Of a stretch of 64,000 nt of DNA, positions 32,373-40,745 are shown piece after piece. The DNA lies in contig CACDOH010000001.1 in NCBI GenBank assembly GCA_902554325.1, forward strand, positions 68,135 to 132,134, given 5' to 3'. A program made the position numbers and the translations under genes. Source of the stretch: an uncultured Pelagibacteraceae bacterium. GTDB taxonomy: Bacteria; Pseudomonadota; Alphaproteobacteria; Pelagibacterales; AG-422-B15. The notes under the pieces are model-generated. The model was not told the DNA's origin and ran no database searches. It saw only the letters and a list, made by a program, of their open reading frames with translations. Position 1 is the stretch's first letter. Every line of letters begins with the position of its first letter.

Positions 32373-32503
32373 GATTGCTGCTCAACCTGAGGCGCATTAG
32401 CCTCCTCAATTCTTTTAAGTCTAACCTTTTTCTTGCGAATGTTATTCTTTTTCGAACGTTTTTTATTTAATCTTGCTTCTCTAATTTTGTTCGGCTTTTT
32501 CAT
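32369..32503 (-). CDS. Hypothetical 44-aa highly basic protein coupled to rpmJ
   Basis: [44 protein letters not shown]; its TGA overlaps the rpmJ ATG (ATGA). Confidence 0.6.
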   Translation of the reverse strand: MKKPNKIREARLNKKRSKKNNIRKKKVRLKRIEEANAPQVEQQS

Positions 32504-32556
32504 ATCTAATGCGATCTTTTATATAAAAAGTCAAAAAAAACAACACATTATTTCTC

Positions 32557-32631
32557 TGGTGGGCACGGTTGGGATCGAACCAACAACCCCCACGATGTCA
32601 ACGTGATGCTCTACCACTGAGCTACGTGCCC
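32557..32631 (-). tRNA. tRNA-Val (anticodon GAC), CCA encoded
   Basis: GGGCACGTAGCTCAGTGGTAGAGCATCACGTTGACATCGTGGGGGTTGTTGGTTCGATCCCAACCGTGCCCACCA: 7-bp acceptor stem, D loop, anticodon loop TTGACAT, GTTCGA T loop. Confidence 0.97.
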
Positions 32632-32677
32632 TATGATAATAAAACCATATATATCATTATTTATTAGCTATCCATAC

Positions 32678-33958
32678 TTATCGAGCAAACCTTTTTAAAC
32701 CTTCAGGTGTAAACATTTTTATGTCATGAGGCTCATTTAATTTCCATTCTACTTTAGGTATATCTTTAGATCTAACGCTTTGTAATTGATACCTTCTGGT
32801 GACAAAGTCGTAAGTGGCGGAATGTATAGATAAGCACATTGGTTGATCATAAAAGTTAATGATTGGGAACTCTCGATACGCCATTATAAGGTTCATATCA
32901 TCATATGTTTCCTCAGACAACATATTATGACTATCAGCATCAAAGTACATTATTCTTTTTGGAATTATGTGACGTTTATCATCTTTGAGTTTTGCTTCAA
33001 CTACATTTACTTTAACTAGTTCATATCTTAAGAAATCCTGATTTACATGATAAGGGGTTAATATTTCTTCAATATTTGTTTCATAAAACTTGTATGCATT
33101 GTATGGCATTAGTCTTAATTGATCGCCAAGATCTAACCAATGATATCTATCCTTAGCGCCATTAAAACCATCTACCTGATCCACAGTTGTTAATCCCTGA
33201 GAAGCACTGGGCATATAATCATAACTAATATCTGGAGCTCTCCGCACTCGTTTTGTGCCAGGATTATAAACCCATGATTTACGAGGTGTCTTAAAAGAAT
33301 TAAGTGATTCAATAACTAAAGTTGATGCATCTGCCAACCGGGGTGGACTTGTTACTTTTGTCATCAACATTCCTTGTAGACCTGCATCTTCATTTATTAT
33401 ATATGGATTCCAAAAATTTTTAGCAATGGCCTCACCAGCTCCATATATTTGGGTTCCATCTGGATTAACTATGTAAAATGGAGATGCACCATATATTTCA
33501 ACACCCCTATATCTCAAGATATGGTTCCAAACATGATGAAGGGCTTCAGATGGATTTGGGAAAGGTATACTTCCAACTACTCCTTCTATTCCTTCTCCGT
33601 CGTCAATTAATAATGCATTTTTTTTTGTAAGTTCCAAAACTTCAGATGGTACAGCACAACTTCTTCGTGAAGGATAAATATTCATTTTGAATGTCTCTGG
33701 GTAAGTTTCAAACATTTTAATTTGGCCAGGGGTCAAAAGAGTTTCTTTAAATGAAATATAGTTTTCAGCATCTATAGTAAGAATTATTTGGTCAGGTTGA
33801 AATGGATCAGGATAGGAGTTTAATTCAGAGTTAAATTCTGCCAAAGGGTTTGTAATTGGCAATCTTTCGCCAATAGTTTCTATAGAGAAAATTAAGTCTG
33901 CAAAAACATAAATAGGAGCAAATAAAAATATAGCAAAAATATTAATTTTTATAATCAT
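32678..33958 (-). CDS. DUF1329 family exported protein
   Basis: Signal peptide; LTPGQ..MF..YP, IPFP.P, WNH.LRYRG, W.YNPG.KRVRRAP, FNGA.DRY.W. Confidence 0.8.
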   Translation of the reverse strand: MIIKINIFAIFLFAPIYVFADLIFSIETIGERLPITNPLAEFNSELNSYPDPFQPDQIILTIDAENYISFKETLLTPGQIKMFETYPETFKMNIYPSRRSCAVPSEVLELTKKNALLIDDGEGIEGVVGSIPFPNPSEALHHVWNHILRYRGVEIYGASPFYIVNPDGTQIYGAGEAIAKNFWNPYIINEDAGLQGMLMTKVTSPPRLADASTLVIESLNSFKTPRKSWVYNPGTKRVRRAPDISYDYMPSASQGLTTVDQVDGFNGAKDRYHWLDLGDQLRLMPYNAYKFYETNIEEILTPYHVNQDFLRYELVKVNVVEAKLKDDKRHIIPKRIMYFDADSHNMLSEETYDDMNLIMAYREFPIINFYDQPMCLSIHSATYDFVTRRYQLQSVRSKDIPKVEWKLNEPHDIKMFTPEGLKRFAR

Positions 33959-34011
33959 AATAATTATGTTAAAATTTTATAAATACAAATCAATAAAAAT
34001 ATAAAGTTTAT

Positions 34012-34815
34012 ATGAAGGAGAGTATTCATAATTTTGTCAAAGTTGCAAACTATATGGCTGATGATGCTAGAAAAATTTCGTTAAATTATTTTAAGAAGAA
34101 ATTAAAAATTAAATCAAAAGATAAAAAGAGTTTTGATCCAGTTACAATTGCAGACATCAGAGTTCAAAGAAAAATCAATAAAACTATTAAAAAGTATTTT
34201 CCTAAACATTCAATTTTAGGAGAAGAAGAAAGTGTGAAGAATATAAGTGATTTTCAATGGTGCATTGATCCTATAGATGGAACTAAATCTTTTGTTCAGG
34301 GATTTCCTATCTGGGGAACCCTAATTTCATTATCACAAAAAAACAAAATTATATTAGGAATTGCAGATATACCTGCACTCGATGAGCGTTACATTGGGTA
34401 CTCAAAATTTTCGTATAAAATTAAAAATAGTAAAAAGACAAAGCTTAAAGTAAGAAACACAGATAAAATCAAAGATAGTATTTTGAATACAACCTCACCA
34501 TATGTATTTGCAAATAAAAAAGATCAAACAATTTTTGAAAATTTAGCTAAGGAGACAAAAACTGTCAGACTTGGGGGAGATTGCTATAGTTATTGCCTTT
34601 TGGCGGATGGCTATATTGATTTAGTAATAGAAAGTGGACTCATGCCGTGGGACATTAGAGCTTTGGAACCAATAATTGAAAATGCAGGCGGAATACTAAA
34701 AACTTGGGAGGGAAATAAAATATTCCGAGGGGGAAGAATTATTGCAGCAACAAATTATAAATTATATAAGAAAGTTAAATCCAAAATGAATAAAAAAAAC
34801 CCAGTTAAAAAATAA
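34012..34815 (+). CDS. hisN: Histidinol-phosphate phosphatase (IMPase family, HisN-like)
   Basis: FDPVT.AD, GEE, IDPIDGTKSF..G.P.WGTLI, GGDCYSY..LA.G, PWD. Confidence 0.8.
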   Translation: MKESIHNFVKVANYMADDARKISLNYFKKKLKIKSKDKKSFDPVTIADIRVQRKINKTIKKYFPKHSILGEEESVKNISDFQWCIDPIDGTKSFVQGFPIWGTLISLSQKNKIILGIADIPALDERYIGYSKFSYKIKNSKKTKLKVRNTDKIKDSILNTTSPYVFANKKDQTIFENLAKETKTVRLGGDCYSYCLLADGYIDLVIESGLMPWDIRALEPIIENAGGILKTWEGNKIFRGGRIIAATNYKLYKKVKSKMNKKNPVKK

Positions 34816-34824
34816 CTGGGTTTT
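34796..34824. terminator. Bidirectional intrinsic terminator between hisN and the SCP2 gene
   Basis: AAAACCCAGTTA-aaaaa-TAACTGGGTTTT, with A and T tracts on either side. Confidence 0.8.
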
Positions 34825-34849
34825 GAACTAAATTATTTTATGTAATATA

Positions 34850-35164
34850 TTATCCTAAAGCATCCATTACTGATTGTAATTTCATTGCAATAGACATATC
34901 TCCAGAAACTTTTAATTTCCCTTGCATAAAAGCAGACGTTCCATCAACTTCTCCTGATCTCATCTGTTCAAAGGTTTCCATAGACATTGATAGGGTACAG
35001 TCTGCATCCTGATCTTGATCTGAGACAGTATTGGGATTTGATTTTCCATCTAAAAAAATGCATCCAGCACCCTCAAAATCAAATTTTACTGTCGCCCCAA
35101 GGCCGGTATCTTTGCCTTCAATACCTTTTTGGAACTCAGCTAATAAACTTGCTACGTCAGCCAT
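34850..35164 (-). CDS. SCP2 sterol/lipid-binding domain protein
   Basis: ADCTL, G.VDG..AFMQGKLKVSGDM..AMKL; SD GGAG upstream. Confidence 0.9.
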   Translation of the reverse strand: MADVASLLAEFQKGIEGKDTGLGATVKFDFEGAGCIFLDGKSNPNTVSDQDQDADCTLSMSMETFEQMRSGEVDGTSAFMQGKLKVSGDMSIAMKLQSVMDALG

Positions 35165-35247
35165 ATAAATTCTCCATTAATTAATTTTAGTATGACAATA
35201 AATCAATTTAGATTATATATGTCAATACGAATTTTTGACAACTAGAT

Positions 35248-35868
35248 ATGAAAAAACCAATTTTTTGGGAACAGGCAAAAAGTGACCTCTCATATAAAGA
35301 TAAAGCTCTTGGAAAAATAATACGAAATTATCCAAAAGACTTTCTTTTTTCTAAATCTGATCCGTTTTATACACTAGCAAGGTCTATTGTGGGACAACAA
35401 ATTTCAGTCACAGCAGCTCAAGCTGTTTGGGATAGATTAGAAAAAAAAGTAAAATCTATTAAACCAAAGAATATATATAAGACACATTATATGACTCTTA
35501 AGTCTATCGGACTATCACGTCAAAAAATAAAATATCTTAAATCCCTTTCAAATGCGATCATAAATAAAGATATAAAACCTGAAAAATGGAAAAATATGGA
35601 AGACAACTTAATCATTGAAGAATTAGTTAAAATTAAGGGCATTGGAAAATGGACTGCAGAGATGTATCTAATATTTAATTTATGTAGACCTGATATTTTT
35701 CCCGCTGATGATCTAGGTTTAATCAAAGGTATTTGTAAATGCTACAATCTTAATTATCCAATAACAAAGGATCATGCCATAAAATTATCTTTAAAATGGA
35801 AACCATGGAGATCTGTTGCAACCTGGTATTTTTGGAGAAGCCTTGATCCTATACCAGTAGAGTATTGA
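35248..35868 (+). CDS. alkA: DNA-3-methyladenine glycosylase II (AlkA family, HhH-GPD)
   Basis: SIVGQQIS, GLSRQK, IKGIGKWTAEM, P.DDLG, WKPWRSVA.WY.W. Confidence 0.88.
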   Translation: MKKPIFWEQAKSDLSYKDKALGKIIRNYPKDFLFSKSDPFYTLARSIVGQQISVTAAQAVWDRLEKKVKSIKPKNIYKTHYMTLKSIGLSRQKIKYLKSLSNAIINKDIKPEKWKNMEDNLIIEELVKIKGIGKWTAEMYLIFNLCRPDIFPADDLGLIKGICKCYNLNYPITKDHAIKLSLKWKPWRSVATWYFWRSLDPIPVEY

Positions 35869-35869
35869 A

Positions 35870-36706
35870 ATGGAAAAAATCAAATTTACTTACGCTTCAA
35901 AATCTGAGCACAATATTGCTCAAAGACTAATTATTCAAACTATCGAAAAAATCACAGGTAAAAAGAAATTAGAGAACCTCTATCAGGAATATAAAGATAG
36001 TCATAATAATCCAGTAAATTTTTGGCAAGATATAATAAGTCTTATGAAAATTAAGATAATTAATAAGTCAAAAAATCCATTAGATATTCCCAAAGAAGGA
36101 AGTCTGATTGTAATTGCTAATCATCCATTTGGGATAGTTGATGGTCTAATATTGTGTTCATTGGTATCTAAGTTTAGAAGTGATTTTAAAATTATGACAC
36201 ATGAAACATTACAATTTTTACCTCAATTAAAAAAATTTATTCTTCCTGTTGACTTCAGTCCAAAAAATAAAAATTCAAAACGGTTAAACTTAGAAACTGC
36301 TCAATTAGCAAAAAACCATCTTAAAGATAATGGTGCTTTGATAATCTTTCCGGCTGGAGGAGTATCAACTGCACAAACTTTACGTTCAGATGCAACTGAC
36401 GAGGAATGGAAATTGTTCCCTGCAAAACTAATACATTCAACGAAAGCTAGTGTGCTACCTATCTTCTTTGATGGCAAAAATGGTATACTTTTTCATCTTT
36501 TTGCCTCTAAATTTAAAAATCAAACTCTTAAATACTCAACATATATTCACGAAACAAAAAAGAAAATTGGAAAAGAAATTACAATCTACACAGGGAAAAC
36601 TCTCAGGTATAATGAATTGAGTCATATGAAAGACAGAAAATATCTAACAAATTATCTAAAAGAAACGACATACAAGCTTAAGAACACCGATTTATATGAA
36701 AAATAA
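35870..36706 (+). CDS. Lysophospholipid acyltransferase family protein
   Basis: PlsC motif NHPFGIVD and IFPAGGV. Confidence 0.82.
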   Translation: MEKIKFTYASKSEHNIAQRLIIQTIEKITGKKKLENLYQEYKDSHNNPVNFWQDIISLMKIKIINKSKNPLDIPKEGSLIVIANHPFGIVDGLILCSLVSKFRSDFKIMTHETLQFLPQLKKFILPVDFSPKNKNSKRLNLETAQLAKNHLKDNGALIIFPAGGVSTAQTLRSDATDEEWKLFPAKLIHSTKASVLPIFFDGKNGILFHLFASKFKNQTLKYSTYIHETKKKIGKEITIYTGKTLRYNELSHMKDRKYLTNYLKETTYKLKNTDLYEK

Positions 36707-37610
36707 TTTTGTAATTTATACTTTTTATAGATTTTTAAAAATAAGGAATAAAAAGTATTTCAAAAAAACATTTGACTTATATTTAAAAAAAATTCCTCTA
36801 AAAGGTACAATACTGATTGCAGATGAGGGCATTAATGCTTCAATTTCTGGAAAAGAAGAAGAGGTATTTAAATTTATTAAACATATAAAAAAAGAATTGA
36901 AAATAAGGAAAATTCAGCCAAAAATTAATTTTGCCAATTTTATACCTTTTAACAAAATGAAGGTAAGAATTAAAAAAGAAATTGTTTCACTAGGAATGGG
37001 TGATTTTGATATAAAAAAATATACAGGAAAAAATATCCATCCTTCAGATTGGAATAAAATTATATCAAAAAAGACGGTCAAATTAATTGACACTAGAAAT
37101 ATTTATGAAATTAATATCGGAAAATTTATCAATTCAATAAACCCTAATACAAATAATTTTAGAGAATTTCCAAAAAAACTCTCGAAAATGAATATAAGTA
37201 AAGATGACGAGGTTGCTATGTACTGCACAGGTGGAATAAGATGTGAGAAAGCTTCAGCATATTTGAAATTAAATGGTTTTACAAATGTCATGCAACTTGA
37301 AGGTGGTATTATAAATTATTTAGACTTTATGAACAAAAAAAAGAATAAATCAAAGTCTAAATGGAAGGGCGAATGTTTTGTATTTGATAATAGAGTGACT
37401 ATCAATAACAATCTTAGTAAAGGAAAATTTATTCAATGCTTTGGCTGTAGAAATCCTATAACAATGAAAGATACTAAATTAGAAAGTTATATAAAAGGTG
37501 TTTCTTGCAAATATTGCTACAATAAAAGGAGTAAACTTCAAAAACAAAGATCAATCTCTAGACAAGTGCAAATTGAACTAGCAAAGGATAACGGTCAAAG
37601 TCACATATAA
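36696..37610 (+). CDS. trhO: Rhodanese-domain tRNA U34 hydroxylase (UPF0176, TrhO)
   Basis: GTIL.A.EGIN, K.EIVSLG, DTRN.YE..IG.F, MYCTGGIRCEK, GECFVFD.RV, C-terminal Cys pairs. Confidence 0.88.
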   Translation: MKNNFVIYTFYRFLKIRNKKYFKKTFDLYLKKIPLKGTILIADEGINASISGKEEEVFKFIKHIKKELKIRKIQPKINFANFIPFNKMKVRIKKEIVSLGMGDFDIKKYTGKNIHPSDWNKIISKKTVKLIDTRNIYEINIGKFINSINPNTNNFREFPKKLSKMNISKDDEVAMYCTGGIRCEKASAYLKLNGFTNVMQLEGGIINYLDFMNKKKNKSKSKWKGECFVFDNRVTINNNLSKGKFIQCFGCRNPITMKDTKLESYIKGVSCKYCYNKRSKLQKQRSISRQVQIELAKDNGQSHI

Positions 37611-37633
37611 CAATTACTGCAAATATCTTTTTA

Positions 37634-38911
37634 TTATGAATTAGATTGGTTTATTGGGTAGACTTTCTGTAAATAAAAACCAACTGGCAAATAATAAATA
37701 ATATTGATCCAATTATTGAATAAGTTTTGGGATGGAAAAAATGGCCACAAAGTTAAAAGGAAGCATGCAATCAGAGCTATCTCATAGTCAGTGAGTGTAT
37801 TTTTAGATAAAATAATTTTATTATAAAGATGCACTAATATTTTTTGAGATAGGTAAATCAATAAAAATAAGATGAAACCTAATCCGACTATTCCTATTTC
37901 TGATAAGGCTTGAATATAGTTATTATGAGGGTGCGTACTACAACTGTTATCATTGAATTTATATTTATGATTACTACACAATACTCTGTAAAGTTTTGGC
38001 CCATGACCAAATAGAGGCTTATCTTTAAACATATTTATCGCAGTCATAATTAATGGATGGTGCCCCGGACTAAAGATTACATTTGTATTATCAACTTCAT
38101 CATTTGAGGGATTAGTAATTTTGCTTGTCATTTGATTAATAGTACCTTCAATATTTCTCTCTCTAATATCTGGAGATAAAATAGTAATGATACTTATAAT
38201 TATTATAGAAACAATTAATGCAAATAATCTTAATAACTTGTATTCATTAATTACGAGAATTAAAAATATTGAAGCAAGAGTTAAGAGACCAAATGAGGTT
38301 CTTTCACCTGAAAGATAGACAAGGGTGTCTATAAATATAAAAGTGAAAAATAAATAAATGAGTTTTAATCTCGTGTTATTGAATGAATAAATCACAACTG
38401 CAAATAATAGTGGGAAGACTCGTGCTAAAAAGCTTCCTAAGGTTAAATTGTCGTTAAATGTTAATGACATTCTTGTACCGGGACTTTCAAAGCCAAATAT
38501 ATTGTTGCTATTATTAAAATATTGATAATAACCATCTGTAATTGCAATCAATAAAGTGATTATTAGAAATAAAGAAAATTCTCTAATAAAATTCTTTTTA
38601 TTTACTATCAGAAACCAAGTAGCTAATGCAAAAAGTCCAAACCTAAAGTAGAACAGTGAGCTTTCAAGTGATAAATAGGGATTTTCAGAAAAAAAAGATC
38701 TTAAAATAAGGTAAATATAAAAGAGTAAAAAGAATTTTGAAAAATTATTATTATAATATAACCAGTCTTTTTCCTTTATGGAATAAAATAAAAAAATTAA
38801 AATTATTAAAAGTAATATGATCTCTGGAATAAGGGGGCCAGTTAATAAACTAATCGGTAGTAAATAATATATAGTTGATGAAAAATTTATTAATAATTTT
38901 TTATCAATCAT
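37634..38911 (-). CDS. O-antigen ligase family protein (WaaL/Wzy_C)
   Basis: Many TM segments, SGER, periplasmic loop P.FG.G, HPHNNY..LSE.G.VG. Confidence 0.85.
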   Translation of the reverse strand: MIDKKLLINFSSTIYYLLPISLLTGPLIPEIILLLIILIFLFYSIKEKDWLYYNNNFSKFFLLFYIYLILRSFFSENPYLSLESSLFYFRFGLFALATWFLIVNKKNFIREFSLFLIITLLIAITDGYYQYFNNSNNIFGFESPGTRMSLTFNDNLTLGSFLARVFPLLFAVVIYSFNNTRLKLIYLFFTFIFIDTLVYLSGERTSFGLLTLASIFLILVINEYKLLRLFALIVSIIIISIITILSPDIRERNIEGTINQMTSKITNPSNDEVDNTNVIFSPGHHPLIMTAINMFKDKPLFGHGPKLYRVLCSNHKYKFNDNSCSTHPHNNYIQALSEIGIVGLGFILFLLIYLSQKILVHLYNKIILSKNTLTDYEIALIACFLLTLWPFFPSQNLFNNWINIIYYLPVGFYLQKVYPINQSNS

Positions 38912-38914
38912 TTA

Positions 38915-39433
38915 TTAAATAGATTTTTTTTCGAGAAGTTTTATTTTTTTTTTCCAATTTTTATATTTTCCCCAGTCATCTTGACTAATGATATAGCCTA
39001 TACATTTTTTTGATCCACACTCACAAATGTGATCAGTGAAATCTTCTTTGTCAAATTCATATCCATAGTCGTATGTAAATTCTTCACCTATTTTTATTTT
39101 CTTTATAGAAGAAATCCATATCTTCCCTTTTATAATATCTACCTCACAATTAGGATTGCATGAATGATTTATAAAGCGAGCTTTATTGTATGAATATGAA
39201 CCATCGATATCGTATCTTGAATTAAGCTCAAAAATATATACTGATCCTGTTTCTTTAGAATTTAAGTATTTTTTTATTCTTCTTTCTGACCTTTTATCTC
39301 CTTCTTTTTTTGTAACTTTTTGACCAATATACTCAATAATTCTTGTACCTTTTGCAATATTTTGTGTTGCAAATACACCCGTGCCGTGAATTTTTGAGGT
39401 CTTTACCATCCATATCTTTTTATTATTCTGCAT
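38915..39433 (-). CDS. SET-domain lysine methyltransferase with post-SET motif
   Basis: HG.GVFA, IEY.G, RFINHSCNPN, GEEFTYDY, post-SET CECGSKKC. Confidence 0.93.
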   Translation of the reverse strand: MQNNKKIWMVKTSKIHGTGVFATQNIAKGTRIIEYIGQKVTKKEGDKRSERRIKKYLNSKETGSVYIFELNSRYDIDGSYSYNKARFINHSCNPNCEVDIIKGKIWISSIKKIKIGEEFTYDYGYEFDKEDFTDHICECGSKKCIGYIISQDDWGKYKNWKKKIKLLEKKSI

Positions 39434-39581
39434 ATTAAACTATTTAGAGAGAATTTTATTGTAAGAATTTTATTTAATTTATATATTTTTAAGTATATTT
39501 CTAGTCATAATATAAAAGATTTATTGATAAAAATAATTATTTAAAAAAAAAATTTAAGAAATAAAAAATAAGAGCTGTATA

Positions 39582-40745
39582 ATGAAAATTGCTTGTATAG
39601 GAGCTGGATATGTTGGTTTTTCGCTATCAGTTCTGCTATCTAAATATCATTCATTAAAAATTTATGATGTCGACAGTAAGAAAACTAAATTAATTAATAA
39701 TAATCTTTCACCCATTCAAGATAAAGAAATAAGTAAATATATAAAAAATAATAAAACAAATTATATAGCATGCGACTCACTGAATGAAGCAATATTTAAT
39801 GCAGAGTACATTATAATTGCAACACCAACTGACTATAATGAAAAAACAAATGCATTTGATACGTCCTCAGTAATACAATCATTAAAAACAATTATACGTT
39901 CAAAAAGTAAAGCAAATATTATAATAAAATCAACAGTGCCTGTAGGTTTTACAGAAAGAATGAAACAAAAACTTAAATATAAAAAGATATTTTTTTCTCC
40001 TGAATTCTTAAGAGAAGGTATTTCTTTGTCAGATAATATGAATCCCTCTAGGATAGTTATAGGGTCGACAATGCAGGAAGGCAAAAAATTTGGGAAATTG
40101 CTCCAACAAATATGTAAAAATAAAGCTCAAGTACTTTATATGAGTTCTAGTGAAGCAGAGGCAGTAAAATTATTTTCAAATAGCTTTTTGGCAATGAGAA
40201 TTGCTTTTTTTAATGAACTTGATAGCTTTTCCATTGCAAACAATATTGAAACAAAAAAAATCATAAAGGGTGTTTCTCTTGATCATAGAATTGGTGACTA
40301 CTACAATAATCCATCATTTGGGTATGGAGGGTATTGTTTGCCCAAAGATACAAAACAATTACTCTCTAATTATGAGAAAGTTCCAAATAATATTATTAGA
40401 GCAATAGTTGATGCTAACAGAACAAGAAAAGACTTTGTATCAGATCATATTTTGTCTTTAAAGCCAAAAAATATTGGAATCTATAGATTAACAATGAAAA
40501 ATAAATCTTCAAATATAAAATCAAGCGCAATACAAGGGATTATGAAAAGAATTAAATCAAAAGGAATAAAGATAACTATTTATGAACCTTTGATTAATGC
40601 AAAAAAATTCTTCAATTCAAAAATAGAAAAAGACTTAAAAAAATTTAAACAAGAATGTGACCTTATTATTGCAAATAGAAATCATAGAGATTTAAATTCT
40701 GTTAAAGAAAAAGTATATACGAGAGACTTATTTAGAATTAATTAA
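39582..40745 (+). CDS. ugd: UDP-glucose 6-dehydrogenase
   Basis: GAGYVG, IATPT, KSTVP.G, SPEFLREG, YNNPSFGYGGYCLPKD, KVYTRD. Confidence 0.93.
   Translation: MKIACIGAGYVGFSLSVLLSKYHSLKIYDVDSKKTKLINNNLSPIQDKEISKYIKNNKTNYIACDSLNEAIFNAEYIIIATPTDYNEKTNAFDTSSVIQSLKTIIRSKSKANIIIKSTVPVGFTERMKQKLKYKKIFFSPEFLREGISLSDNMNPSRIVIGSTMQEGKKFGKLLQQICKNKAQVLYMSSSEAEAVKLFSNSFLAMRIAFFNELDSFSIANNIETKKIIKGVSLDHRIGDYYNNPSFGYGGYCLPKDTKQLLSNYEKVPNNIIRAIVDANRTRKDFVSDHILSLKPKNIGIYRLTMKNKSSNIKSSAIQGIMKRIKSKGIKITIYEPLINAKKFFNSKIEKDLKKFKQECDLIIANRNHRDLNSVKEKVYTRDLFRIN

Noticed and set aside
32500..34011. Possible tRNA-anchored integrative element
   Set aside because: No integrase, no duplicate of the tRNA 3' end seen, and the DNA 3' of the tRNA is core (rpmJ).
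39434..39581. 148-nt very AT-rich gap between the SET gene and ugd, checked for ops/JUMPstart, sRNA or repeats
   Set aside because: No GGCGGTAG ops motif or stable structure; consistent with a plain divergent promoter.
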